Notes under the pieces: generated by a model
What the model was told of the DNA's origin: nothing
Databases searched by the model: none
What the model saw: only the letters and a program-made list of their open reading frames with translations
Translations under genes and position numbers: made by a program
In this document: piece after piece, positions 50,269 through 62,349 of the stretch
Numbering within the stretch: position 1 is the stretch's first letter
How the letters are laid out: each line of letters begins with the position of its first letter
From: Azolla caroliniana
Lineage: Eukaryota; Plantae; Polypodiophyta
NCBI GenBank assembly: GCA_043228905.1
Contig: JBHGNT010000002.1
Span: 22,010,001 to 22,074,000 of the forward strand
Reading direction: 5' to 3'
DNA length: 64,000 nt

Positions 50269-51185
50269 TGTAACGAATCGCATGCAGAAGCTTGTAGAAA
50301 AACCGGCTCAACCGGATAACACCAATAAACATAAATGAATGTTTAATGAAAGCTTGAGAATACATAGTACACAGGAGAGACAAAGAGAGCAGAACAACAT
50401 AAGCTTCATTCAAAATAATAATACTCTATGTATACAAACGTCCTATTGAACACTTTTTATACAAGTCCTTAAAAGGACTAACAAAAATACTGACAAGTAC
50501 TTCAATGCTCATATGAGCGACTAACACTAACTCCAAGGAATATGCCTACGTACTAGGCTAAGATTGTAGGCCTCTAACGGCCTACCAATTACAATCCGAT
50601 CCGGCTCTGTCTTATTCAATCGATCCGGATCTGGTTGAGCTTTGTCTGCTCAACATTCCCCCTCAAGCTCAACATGAGGTCGGATCACTGTGTTAGTGTC
50701 TGCCGAGCCTTGAAGTCGGTTTCTTCTGGCGTCTTCTCGCCTTGATCGCGCTCCTCGACATGTCTGGTTCCGTTTTCCATGACTCGTCCGATCCTGCACA
50801 CCTCAACCTTCTTGGTCGGCTTGTCTGCTCATAAGGCCCATCTCAACTCCTTCGTTGTTGCGACTCTGGTGCTTCTCGACCCGTCGGTTCCTCCATGTCG
50901 GTGTCAACGTCCGCTGCCTCCTCGTTCGTTTGGCCTTCAGTTAATCTGCCTCCTCCGAATCAAACACTTTTTCTGAATCGGGTGCCTCCGATTCATTCCA
51001 ACTCTTCTCAAAATTGGTTGTCTCCAATTCATCCTTGATCTTCAGGCCCTTCTCAACATCCGACCACGACCAAGTCTTGGCCTTCTCGTTTCGGCCGGCT
51101 TTGTCCTTCTTGACTCTACCACTTGTTCCGACTTCTTCAGTTGACTCGGCTCCCTTTTTCGGTTTCCTTCTCCAGTGCCATTACT
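50269..51185 (-). mobile_element. 3' LTR and 3' tail of a Ty1/copia
   Basis: LTR about 50269-50655; PPT gcttgaggggga; tail similar to 62680-63200; interrupted at 51186. Confidence 0.8.
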
Positions 51186-53325
51186 TGTCATGATGACATA
51201 CATTTTGGCCTTACAAGGATTCGAGCCCAAGACGTCTTGGTCTATATGTTAGACCTTTAACCATTATACTAACATATATGATGTATAGTTATGATAAATG
51301 TATTATTAGTTATTACAAGATATTTAGAGTATTTTAGAAGATTCTAGAGTATTCCAGAACATTCTAGAGTGTTCCAAAACATTCTAGGATATTCCATTAT
51401 TATATTAAATATCATAAATATCTAAAATATTCTAGAACATTCTAGAATACTCCATAAGGACCTATAAATAGGTGTTTATTCATTCATCACAACTCATTCT
51501 CTTTCCATTTCTCTCTCTCTCTCTCTCTCTCTCCCTCTCTCCCTCTACCTTCTATTGTCATCTTATTTTTCTCTCCTATTCTCGAGTCACGACAGTTTGA
51601 ACCGATCCAACTCTTTTCTTCTTCTCCAACTTCTTCTTCTTATCTTAACCTTATTCAGGCAAATCTTGCAATTTTTCTATCGCAACTATGGAGTTCGTCA
51701 GCAAGCAAGAATATATGCGTGTTCTCTCCGAGCTCGAAATGCTAACAACCAAATTCGTGGCACTAGAGCATGAAAATCAAAGATTGTTGGGAGACCTACA
51801 ACAAGTAAGTGCTGAGAAAGTACAAAAATATGAAGAATTATCTCAACGGGTGCATCAATTGGAGACTACTCTATTGCAACGACAAACGGCGGAAGTTCAA
51901 ACCTCGCCAAAGGAGCCCAAGATTAGTTTGCCGGCGAAGTTTGATGGTACAAGGTCTCAATTTCGTGGATTTTTAAATCAGGTATGGCTTGTGATTAAAT
52001 TGCATCCTAGCCGTTACCCAACTGATGTTGCTCATGTGGGTCTAGTTGGTACCTTGTTAACGGGTACTGCATTAGCGTGGTTTGCACAACTCCTAGAGAA
52101 GCACTCACCATTATTAGAAGATTTTGAAGGGTTTATTAATGAGTTCCAAGACAATTTTGGAGACACTGATAGTATGAGGACTACAATAAACAAAATTCGG
52201 CGATTACGACAAGGAGATCGTCCTGCTTCCGCTTATGCTGCAGATTTTCGCCTTCTAGCATGTGATATTCCATGGGACGAGGCATCATTAATGGACCAAT
52301 TTCGTCAAGGTCTGCACAATGATGTAAAGGATTTACTTCTTACCTTCCATGATGATCCAAAATCTCTTACCGAAGCAGTAAGTTGGGCCGTACGACGTGA
52401 CAATCGCTTATTTGAGCGGCGTTCTAAGCGCCAACAAATGTTACACTTCCGACCAATAGAAACATATGCTTCGGTGGTTGCAACTCCACCCGAAGTATGA
52501 AAGTCAAGTGTGGTGGAAGGCCCTACTCCAATGGAAATCGAGACAACACGACGTTGAGGACCATTATCGGATGTTGAAAAGCAACAACGGCGAGCGAATT
52601 GTCTATGCCTCTATTGCGGTGGTCCAGGGCATATTGCTGTGAATTGTCCACATAAACCACGACGACAAGTTAACCAAGTAAGTGCTCATGACAATCCCAT
52701 CTCAATTTCTGCCCCGCCTTCTCGTAAGCCAAGTAGGCCTAGTAGTCCCTGTCATAAAAATACATTTGATGTCTTGAGCCAATTAGATGATGTGTTAAAC
52801 GAGTAAGTTCGGCCAAAATTGGAGCCATTTGGTTGGACAACCCTAGGCATGTAACGTCTGTCCCTAGTTGTGGTTCCATTTCATCCGGTCAAGTTAGTCG
52901 AGTTTTCTCTGCACAAGTTGAACTTAACACATCTAGGTGCCATCGAGTCCCAACTTCTGCCCTCTTAGACTCTGGAGCCAACTCTTGTTTCATGGATCGT
53001 GAGTTTGCTGTAATGCATAATATTCAGTTGCATAAGCTCCTAAGCCCAGTGTCTGTCGGAGTCATTGATGGACGCCCCATAGCATCAGGTGATATAGTCG
53101 AAGAGTCTGAACCAATTCATGTAGTCCTAGGCAATTTGGCTAGTGTCATCTCATTCAACATCATTAGTAGTCCAGAGCACTCCCTAGTTCTTGCTCTTCC
53201 ATGGTTTGAGCTACATAACCCAACCATTGATTGGAGAAAAAGAACCATTGAAGAGGTCACAATACAGTCTGAGCCTCTTAAAACTCCAACAAAGGATATG
53301 ACATTCCAAAAGATTTCGACAATCT
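51186..53325 (+). mobile_element. 5' part of a Tcn1/Tf1-like Ty3 element (LTR 51186-51594, gag, protease)
   Basis: TGTCATGA..CACGACA LTR with tataaata; gag from 51688 (EPKISLPAKFDG, CLYCGGPGHIAVNC, internal stops); protease ALLDSGANSCF; no tRNA-type PBS. Confidence 0.85.
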
Positions 53326-56300
53326 TGTTGAGAGACAAGCTCAACATCGACCGGATCGGCTGAAGAAGCCGAGGACCGGATCGGTTGGGACCGATCGGTT
53401 AGGTCGAGTGCATAAACCGGGAGGTCGTTAGGAAAGATATTCCGTGAGGAATATATTTGGGAGTTAGTGTAGGAGCTCTTGATGAGCATTGAAGTACTGT
53501 CAGTACTTCGGTCAGTCCTTCTAGGACTTGTATAAAAGTGCTCTCTGAGCACGTCTTATGTACACAGATTGAGTATTATTGTTGAATATAGTTTTTGTGT
53601 TTCTCTCTCTGTCTCTCCTGTGTATACCGTGTAAGCCCAAGCTCTCCATTGAACCTGAGTTTCCTTCCTTCTGTTCGGTCTTCATACTTGCTTCCGCACG
53701 TTACTTTCTACATGGTATCAGAGCGCGAGGGTTGAGAACCTCTCTGCAGCCGACACAGCTTGACGAAGAAGAACGAGAAGAACGATGGATAGAGGCATGG
53801 CGAGCTCGCTTCCAACAGAGAAGCTCGACAGAACCAACTACGCGTCTTGGTCCTACAAGATGCACCAGTACCTGCTCGGGCACGGCTACTGGAATTATGT
53901 CGAAGGAGCTAATGGCGCGGCACCCGAATCGATACACAGAGACTTCCCGTCGTGGGAGCAATCGGCGAGCAGGGTATTGTACTGGTGATGCGGCCGATGA
54001 GATCAAGGAAGAAGGCACCGAAGTGATGCCAGCAACTCCGAACCCTTCGGAAACAGGGGGAGTCGAAGCGATGAGAACCGGCAAGGGAAGGCCATCACGG
54101 AGTGCTGGTACTGTGGCAAGAAAGGCCACAAGGAAAGTGAGTGCTGGAAGAAGCGCGCCGATTCGGAGAGAACTGGTTCCGGGAATGGCTCCAGACATAC
54201 CGACAAGGGAAATCGGCAGCGATCACACTACGCCCAAGACTCTGGGAGAGCCGGAGAAGGGACTGCCTTCGTGACGAGACACGAAGCAAACTCAATGAAA
54301 CAGAGCACCCCGAGATCGGACGAGGTGTGGTATGTAGACTCCGGCGCGTCAAACCACATGACGAGCCATAAGGAGTGGTTCTCGTACCTTGAAAAACCGA
54401 TACAACCTGGAGTAGTCGCAACAGGAGACGACACTCCGCATCCAATCGCGAATGTCGGAGAAGTTCCCCTTAGCCATGTCGGGCAGAAAGGGAAACTCAT
54501 GAACGTGTTGCACGTTCCGACAATCACGAAGAACTTGGTCTCGGTCGGACAGATCGTCGACCAAGGGATGGAGGTTCGGTTTACACACCTCGGGTGCTTC
54601 ATTAAGGAAGAAGGCTGTGTGATTGCGCAAGGGCGCAGAGACGGGAGGATGTTCATCCTCGACTCCACTGACGGCGGCACCGCAATGTTCGCGAAGGGAC
54701 AAAAGACCGAGTCGGACATCGACTTGTGGCACAAGCGGATAGGCCACGTCAACTACCAACGGCTTCAAGATCTGCAAACGAAACAGGTAGTGTTCGGATT
54801 GCCCAAATTTAGTGGCCGAAAGGCACAAATTTGTGAAGCCCTGCCAGCTCGGGAAGCAACACCGACTTCCCTTCCCCAACGAGCAAAACCGGAGCTGGAA
54901 CAAGCTCAACCTTATACACTCCGATGTATGGGGACCGACACAAAACGTTAGTCTTGGCGGGAGCCGATATTTCGTCTCCTTCATCGACGACCACACCCGG
55001 CACACGTGGATCTACCTCATTGAGAGGAAGAGCGAAGTCTTCGACTATTTCCGGGACCTCAAAGGGTTCGTGGAAGCCGAAACGGGACGAAAGATCAAGT
55101 GTCTGCGGTCGGATGGCGGAAAAGAGTACTTTTCCGGTCAATTCAACGGTTACCTACAACAAATGGGAATTCGCCGCGAATTCAGTTGTAGATACACGCT
55201 GGAATAGAACGGTGTGGTTGAGAGAAAGAATCGGTCAGTTGTGGAAGCGGCACGGGCAATGCTGGAGGAGAAGAGCTTGCCCAAGTTCTACTGGGCCGAA
55301 GCGGTAAGGACCGCGATATACATCCAGAACCGGATCGGAGACAAAGTGTCAGCGCACGAGCTATATTTCGGAACGAAGCCGAACTTGCGACACTTGAGGG
55401 TGTTCGGTAGCATTGCGTATGTGCATGTACCGAAGGAGAAGAGGAGGAAGCTAGACGCAAAGGCCGAGAAGTGCATCTTGGTCGGTTACTCGGACAAGCA
55501 GAAGGGTTATAAGTGCTATAACCCTCGCACCAAACAAGCGCGTGTCAGCCGCGATGTTGTGTTTGACGAGTGCGCGTCCTGGTACCTGCCCCCCACTCCA
55601 ATACGAGCTCTGACGATGAGGTCAGCGAGGCCGAGATGCCTCCGGATGAGCCCGAAATCAAGACCCGCGAAGAGTGTCCGATTTCACTCCGGTTAAGTGG
55701 ACCGATTGGACGACTGAGTCGGTACGACCAGTCCGATGAAGAGCTGGCGAGTAGTGGAGACTCGGCCGTGCATTCCCCGCGCAGGAAACCGAGGAGACGG
55801 CTTACGCGCAAAGAGAAAGGAAAGAAGAAGGTGTCGGATTCCGGCACGGATAAGAACGAGTCAGACCGACGCGAGTCCGACTCTGAGGGAACCGGTGATG
55901 GGTCTTTAAAGGTGAAGACCGCGTCGACCGAGAAGGCCTCGACATTGGCTAATGTGAGATTACGCCGATCTACCCACCAGAAGAACCCAGTTGTGCGGTT
56001 CGGATACAACGAGTACATGGCGCATCATTATGCGTACATAACCCGTGTAGCGGAAGTGCGTGAGCCGGAGAGCTACGCAGAAGCGGCTAAAGACGCGAAT
56101 TGGCGTGCCACGATGGAGGAAGAGATGCACGCATTGGCGGAGAACGAGACCTGGGACCTGGTTGACGCACCGAAGGGGGTAAAACCGATCGGGTGTAGGT
56201 GGGTGTACAAGATCAAGTACAACACCGATGGCTCGGTCAACCGGTACAAGGCTCGGTTAGTGGCAAAGGGCTACGCGCAGAAACACGGCATCGACTACGA

Positions 56301-57466
56301 TTAGACGTTTGCGCCGGTCGCGAAAATGACGACCGTCCGTGTTTTGCTCGCAGTAGCCGCGGCCAAGGGGTGGCACTTACATCAGATGGATGTAAAGAAT
56401 GCGTTCCTGCAAGGTGACCTTGAGGAACAGGTGTACATGGTGCAGCCCCCCGGATTTCACTCCGGAACGAACTCCTCGGCAGTATGCCGACTGAAGAAGT
56501 CCCTTTACGGACTGAAGCAAGCCCCGCGTGCCTGGAACGCAAAGATCACGCAACAACTGCGTCGGATGGGCTTCGTCACGTCAAAATCGGACTCTTCCCT
56601 GTTCATCCAAAAAGGTCGACTCGGACCGGTTAGTATTTTACTATATGTTGATGACTTGGTCATCACCGGCGCCGACCTAGGTGAAATCGACCGCGTGAAA
56701 CTCCAGCTTGCGGCATCGTTCGACATGAAGGATCTGGGGGACCTTCATTACTTCCTCGGGATCGAAGTGATCCGTACCACCGAAGGCATATTGATCAGCC
56801 AACGTCATTACGTGCTGAGTATGCTCTTCAAACTCGGGATGGCCAACTGTAAGTTCATCTCGACTCCTTTGGATAGAACCGTCAAGCTTCGTCCCGATAC
56901 GGGAAAGGTATGCAACTCGACGAGGTTCCGACAAATTGTCGGAAGCCTCATATACTTGACCATCCGGTCGGGGTGATTAGTCAGTTCATGGCGCGACCTA
57001 CCGAGGAGCACCTTCAGTGTGCACAACGCATACTTCGGTATGTCAACGGCACTAAGGACCGGGGACTGCTATATCGGACCGGTGCAGCCGCGCAGTTAGT
57101 CGGCTACACTGATGTTGATTGGGCTGGCAACGCCGCCGGTCGCCGATCCACGTCTGGATACGCGTTCTCCCTCGGGAGTGCCGCGATCGCGTGGAGCAGT
57201 AAGAAGCAGCTTACAGTTGCACTGTCGAGCACCGAAGCTGAGTACCGAGGAGCGGCTGTTACGACATGCGAAGCCATATGGTTGAAGCGGCTACTTAAGG
57301 ACCTGCAAGAGGAGGTGTCAGATCCAACGACGATCTACTGCGACAACCTCAGCAGCATCCAGCTCGCGAAGAACCCCGTTTTTCACACACGGACCAAGCA
57401 CATTGAGGTGCACTACAATTTCGTCCGTGAGCGTGTCCTTTCCGATGAAGTCAAACTTCAGTACGT
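53326..57466 (+). mobile_element. Ty1/copia, 5' LTR through RNase H, 3' end missing
   Basis: LTR 53326-53712; PBS tggtatcagagc; [58 protein letters not shown]; gag deletion, stops and frameshifts. Confidence 0.95.
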
Positions 57467-60400
57467 TGTCGCGTTGTTACACGCGTGCGTGGGGAAAGGC
57501 GGGACCACGGGGGTCTTGGACTAGGGAGCGACGGAGCGTAGGAAGTCGTGCTTCACTGTTTCCGGGGCATCCCAGAAGCACATCGAAAGCAACCGAAGGG
57601 AGAGAGAGAGAGAGCGTGCTTAACACTGACCCACGCACACACACACACGCACACACACACACCCCAACCCGACTCACGCCTTATGTACGGAAAACGCAGG
57701 AAAGGGTAGGCACCCGACGCCAACAACGACGCGAATATACACAGACAAACGTATATATATATATACATATAAAGGGAAGAATACATTCCCGACGTCGAGC
57801 CGGACTGAGGTAGGTTACAGTAGTCGTCTGCTGTCAAGCCGTCGTCGAGGAGCTCTCAGCTCGTCGCGCCAAGCGGGGTCTTGCACAGGAGGCCGAACCA
57901 AAGCAAACCATAAGCAAAACACGAAGAAGGAGAAGAAGAAGAAGAAGAACCTAACTTTAAACCTAACGGTATACCCTCTAATGCAAAATGGGCAACCCTT
58001 TCACAAAGGGTGTTCCCTTCCTTTTATAGAACAAGGACAGGGATGCGTTATAATGTGGGATAAACCCCAACTTACATGGGACCGTCTATCCCGACTTGAC
58101 TACTCTTCGGCGCCATAAAGGCGCCCTCGTTATTCACACTAAATTTACAAGGGTGAGCACACACGCTGCACCCCGCCGATGTAGCCAATGTTTCCTAGGT
58201 TCCGCCTCTGGCCGAAATTCTTCACGACATCCGCCCCCACTTAACTGCACGTCCACCGGTAAGTGCCAAATCTGGTTGAAGGGTGAGAGATTTCGGCCGG
58301 TGAGAAACCGGTCTCCCGTGATTCGCATCTCAGCTCACTGCCGGTTTGATCCGTCGGCTTCGAGTCTTCCTTCGCGCTCGCCTCCCTGTAGGCTCGTTCG
58401 ACCCGTCAATGGGTCCTCTGCCGCGATCTCCGTAGTATACGTACTTCCGTTGGCCCTTGTTCGGCCGTATGAACGCCCCGCTTCCCGCCGTATGCCCGAT
58501 GTCCTCCGTTTGAGGCATGCCCGTAGTGGCCCGCTTGGCCTTCGTTGTCCAATCGTGATGTCCTGATGGTCGTCCCATGTTGTTTCACGTTGCCTTCGTC
58601 CTTTCGCCACCTTCCTTCTCCATGGTCTTACATCGCCGCGTCGGCTCGAACCGCCATGGTCTCCGAAATACTGTGGAGGATCCCTTTCCGGCCTGATCGT
58701 GCATCTCCGCTCACCCACATACCGGTGTCCTTTGCATCCGAGGAGCACCCAGTAGTAGCCCGCTTGGCCCTTCCCGTCTTCGTGCTGCTGCAACAGGTCC
58801 CGAGTCTTCCGCTTGCCGTCGTCCCCTCGCCCGCCAGCTTGTCACCCCAGGCTTGCCGTGTCAGTCTTCGCTACTTCGACGGAGCTCCCGAGATCTACGA
58901 AGCGAGTGTGGAGGATCCTCCTCCGGCCTCTCTTGCCATCCCCTGACTCCGACCCTGTGCAGTCCACTAGGCACTTGTCACCTCATTCCCGGCACCTCCC
59001 TCGTGTCGTCTTCCGCTTCCTCTGTTCGGCACCGCCCATGCCGAACACTGTCCCGTAGTCACGCTTCGACCCGGCCTGCGATGGCCACTTGCGAGACTCT
59101 TGTTCTGTCCAAGGTGTGCCTTTCCGACCTGACACACCTCCCCGTGTTTGCCGCTACCGACTCCTTCCGAAACCTCGTGTCGTCGGGTCCCGTTCCCTGC
59201 CGCCACCGTCCTTCTCCATCGGTCTTACGTTGCCGCGTTGGCCGATCAGCCGGGGTCTCCGGATCGGTGTGAGGGTCCCATAGGACCGGACTCCATTTCT
59301 ATACTTGCCGAAATTCGGGTGTCTTTGTTTGAGTCCCTCCTGGACTCTCCTCGTGTCTTCCGCGTAGTCGGGTCTCGTTTCCCGCCATCACCTTCCTTCT
59401 CCCTCGGTCTTACGTTGCCACGTTGGCCGAATAGCCGGAGTCTCTGGTTGGTGTGGGGATCCCGTAGGACCGGACTTCCTTACGCCCATAGCCTTCGTCA
59501 CCTCGCCGCCACCGTCAGTATCTTGGTCTTATGTCGACCGCGTTGCCGACTGCCGAAGTCTCTAGATCCGGTGTGAAGGATCCTCCGTAGGCCGCCGATC
59601 CGTAGCCCTTGCCTTTGTCACCTCGCCGCCACCGTCAGTATCTTGGTCTTATGTAGACCACGTTGCCGACTGCCGAAGTCTCTAGAACCGGTGTGGAGGA
59701 TCCTCCGTAGGCCGCCCATTTGTATTCCCGACCTTGTCCCGGGTCGTCCTTTTCCGCATGCCGAGAAGGTGGTTTACTCCGCACCCTCTCCCGTGGTACC
59801 GACGTACCGTGTCCTCGGCCTCTTCGTAGGCCTGCTCTCTTCCTCCCTCCCGGAATGGTCATCCGGGAGTCCGCTCCACCCGGGTCCATTCGTCCTTCTC
59901 CGGATTGCCGAGTCCCGTTCTCCTGTCGCCACCGTCTTCTCTTATAGGACTCACGCCGGCACTCGGGCCTGCAGCCGGATCGGTGTAAGGAATCCCATAG
60001 GACCGGCTTCATTCTCTTTCCAAATCTCGACCTTCGCCCGGTCGGTCTTTCTCCCCATGTAAAAGAGGGTGGCTCGTCCCGCACCCTCTCCCGTATCGGC
60101 ACCTTTATGCCGAGTCCGGCCCCGATCGAACAATCCACGACCGGATTACGCTCCTTCCGTATCGGAATGCCGATCTCATCGTGTCGTGTCCGTCCCTGGC
60201 CTTCTCGCAGGCCGTTTCCCATCCGTCTTCGCTAGGATCGTGCCAGGACTCCTCGGTACCGCCATCCATCTCCTCGGTCTTACATGGGCATACGGGCCCG
60301 AATGCCGAGTTCTCCGGAATCGGGTCCGTGGGATTTCGTCCGCTCCTTCCCCGTATCGTCTCGCCGGTGATTCTTGGCCCTTCGCCGCCGCCTTCCTCCG

Positions 60401-62349
60401 CTTGGGACTCACATGGGCACTCGGGCCCGACTGCCATCGTCTCGGGAGCAAGTGTGGGAAGACACAAGGAATTGCCCGTCCGTTTTACGCCCTTATCCGT
60501 AGCCACCGGCTCTCCGTGGTCGGTGGTCGACTTCTTACCGATCGCGCAAGCCCCATCTGGGCTTGCTTCTTCAATGACCGGGATCTCGGGTTGACACGCC
60601 CGAAACCGTTGGTCCCAACGTTCCAGTTCCGAGATCTGTATCTCAGCCTCGTCCTTGGTCGTTCTCTCTCCGCAAGTCGAGAGGGTGTTTTGTTCCGCAC
60701 CCTCTCCCGTGGTACCGTTGTACCGATCTTCCGCCGTCGCGTGGGGCAAGTTCGTCTCCTCGGTCTCGGCTTCCGGCCTCGATCTTCCTTCTTCCTTGAG
60801 CATCGCTTTGAGAGCTTCGTACGCCTCCGCAATCCTGACCCCAACGCCGACCCTTGCCGACTCTCTTTGCCGTTCGGCCTCTTCCCGCTGTGATGGCACG
60901 CCGTCGCGTCCCTTCCTCTTAGCCCTCTCGGCTCGCTCATCATCTAGCCGTTGGCACACCCTTCCGACCTTCGACCAGTCCTCCGTAAGCCCATTCGCTC
61001 CATCATCGTCTTCGAGCTCAATCCCGATGGCTTCCCGATCCGCTCGGTCGATCGACCTGACGAATAAAAGGACTTTGTCCGCCCCCACCAAACCTTGTTC
61101 CCGCTCCGGGAGCCGAGCAAGCTGTCGCTCAAACTCTTGGAACGCCTTCCTCGCGCCTCGGTGGGTCTTTGCCGATGCTACCCATTGGTCGAAGTCGTGT
61201 CGTCCCCGGCTCTTCCGCCGTCCTCCGTATGCCTTCAGGAGCGCCTCTTCGAAGGCCTCCCACAAACCATGAGGCTCACGAAGCTCCTTTACTTCCGCAT
61301 GCATCCGGACCGCTACGACCCGACAAAAGAACTCCAGCCTCAACGCCTCGTCTACGCCACGCCCCTCCATTTCCGCGTTGAATGCTTCCAAGGAAGATGG
61401 GACTTTGTCCCCGTTGAAACGGCCGACTCTTTCGACCACTCGCTCAACCGCTTGTTGCGCTGCTTCTCGCCTCATCACCACTCATGCCGACTCCAACACC
61501 ACTTCGGCCACCATCTCCGCAAGGTCGTCTTCTTCCGACTCCATGCTCCCTTGCTGCCTTTCACGTCAGGTTCACCAAATATGTCGCGTTGTTACGCACG
61601 TGCGTGGGGAAAGGCGGGACCACGGGGGTCTTGGACTAGGGAGCGACGGAGCGTAGGAAGTCGTGCTTCACTGTTTCCGGGGCATCCCAGAAGCACATCG
61701 AAAGCAACCGAAGGGAGAGAGAGAGAGAGAGCGTGCTTAACACTAACCCACGCACACACACACACGCACCCACACACACCCCAACCCGACTCACGCCTTA
61801 TGTACGGAAAACGCAGGAAAGGGTAGGCACCCGACGCCAACAACGACGTGAATATACATAGACAAACGTATATATATATATACATATAAAGGGAAGAATA
61901 CATTCCCGGCGTCGAGCCGGACTGAGGTAGGTTACAGTAGTCGTCTGCTGTCAAGCCGCCGTCGGGGAGCTCTTAGCTCGTCGCGCCGAGCGGGGTCTTG
62001 CACAGGAGGCCGAACCAAAGCAAACCCTAAGCAAAACACGAAGAAGAAGAAGAAGAAGAAGAAGAAGAACCTAACTCTAAACCTAACGGTATACCCTCTA
62101 ATGCAAAATGGGCAACCCTTACACAAAGGGCGTTCCCTTCCTTTTATAGAACAAGGAAGGGGATGCGTTACAATGTGGGACAATCCCGACTTACATGGGA
62201 TCGTCTGTCCCCGACTTGACTACTCTTCGGCGCCATAAAGGCGCCCTCGATATTCACACTAAATGTACACGGGTGCGTACACACGCAGCATCCCGCCGAT
62301 GTAGCCAATGTTTCCCGGTTTCCGCCTCTGGCCGAAATTCTTCACGACA
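57467..62349 (-). mobile_element. Non-autonomous gag-only LTR element (type C), about 4.9 kb
   Basis: LTRs 57467-58229 and 61582-62349, visibly diverged; PBS tggtgaacctgacgtgaa; PPT aagtgggggcgga; flanks ACGT/ATGT; no pol. Confidence 0.92.
60105..61544 (-). pseudogene. Gag N-terminal domain plus low-complexity tail (TGA at codon 21; tail continues frameshifted towards about 58240)
   Basis: AAQQAVERVVERVGRFNG is shared with type B; KVLLFVRSIDR..GIELEDDDGANGLTEDW is shared with type A. Confidence 0.85.
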
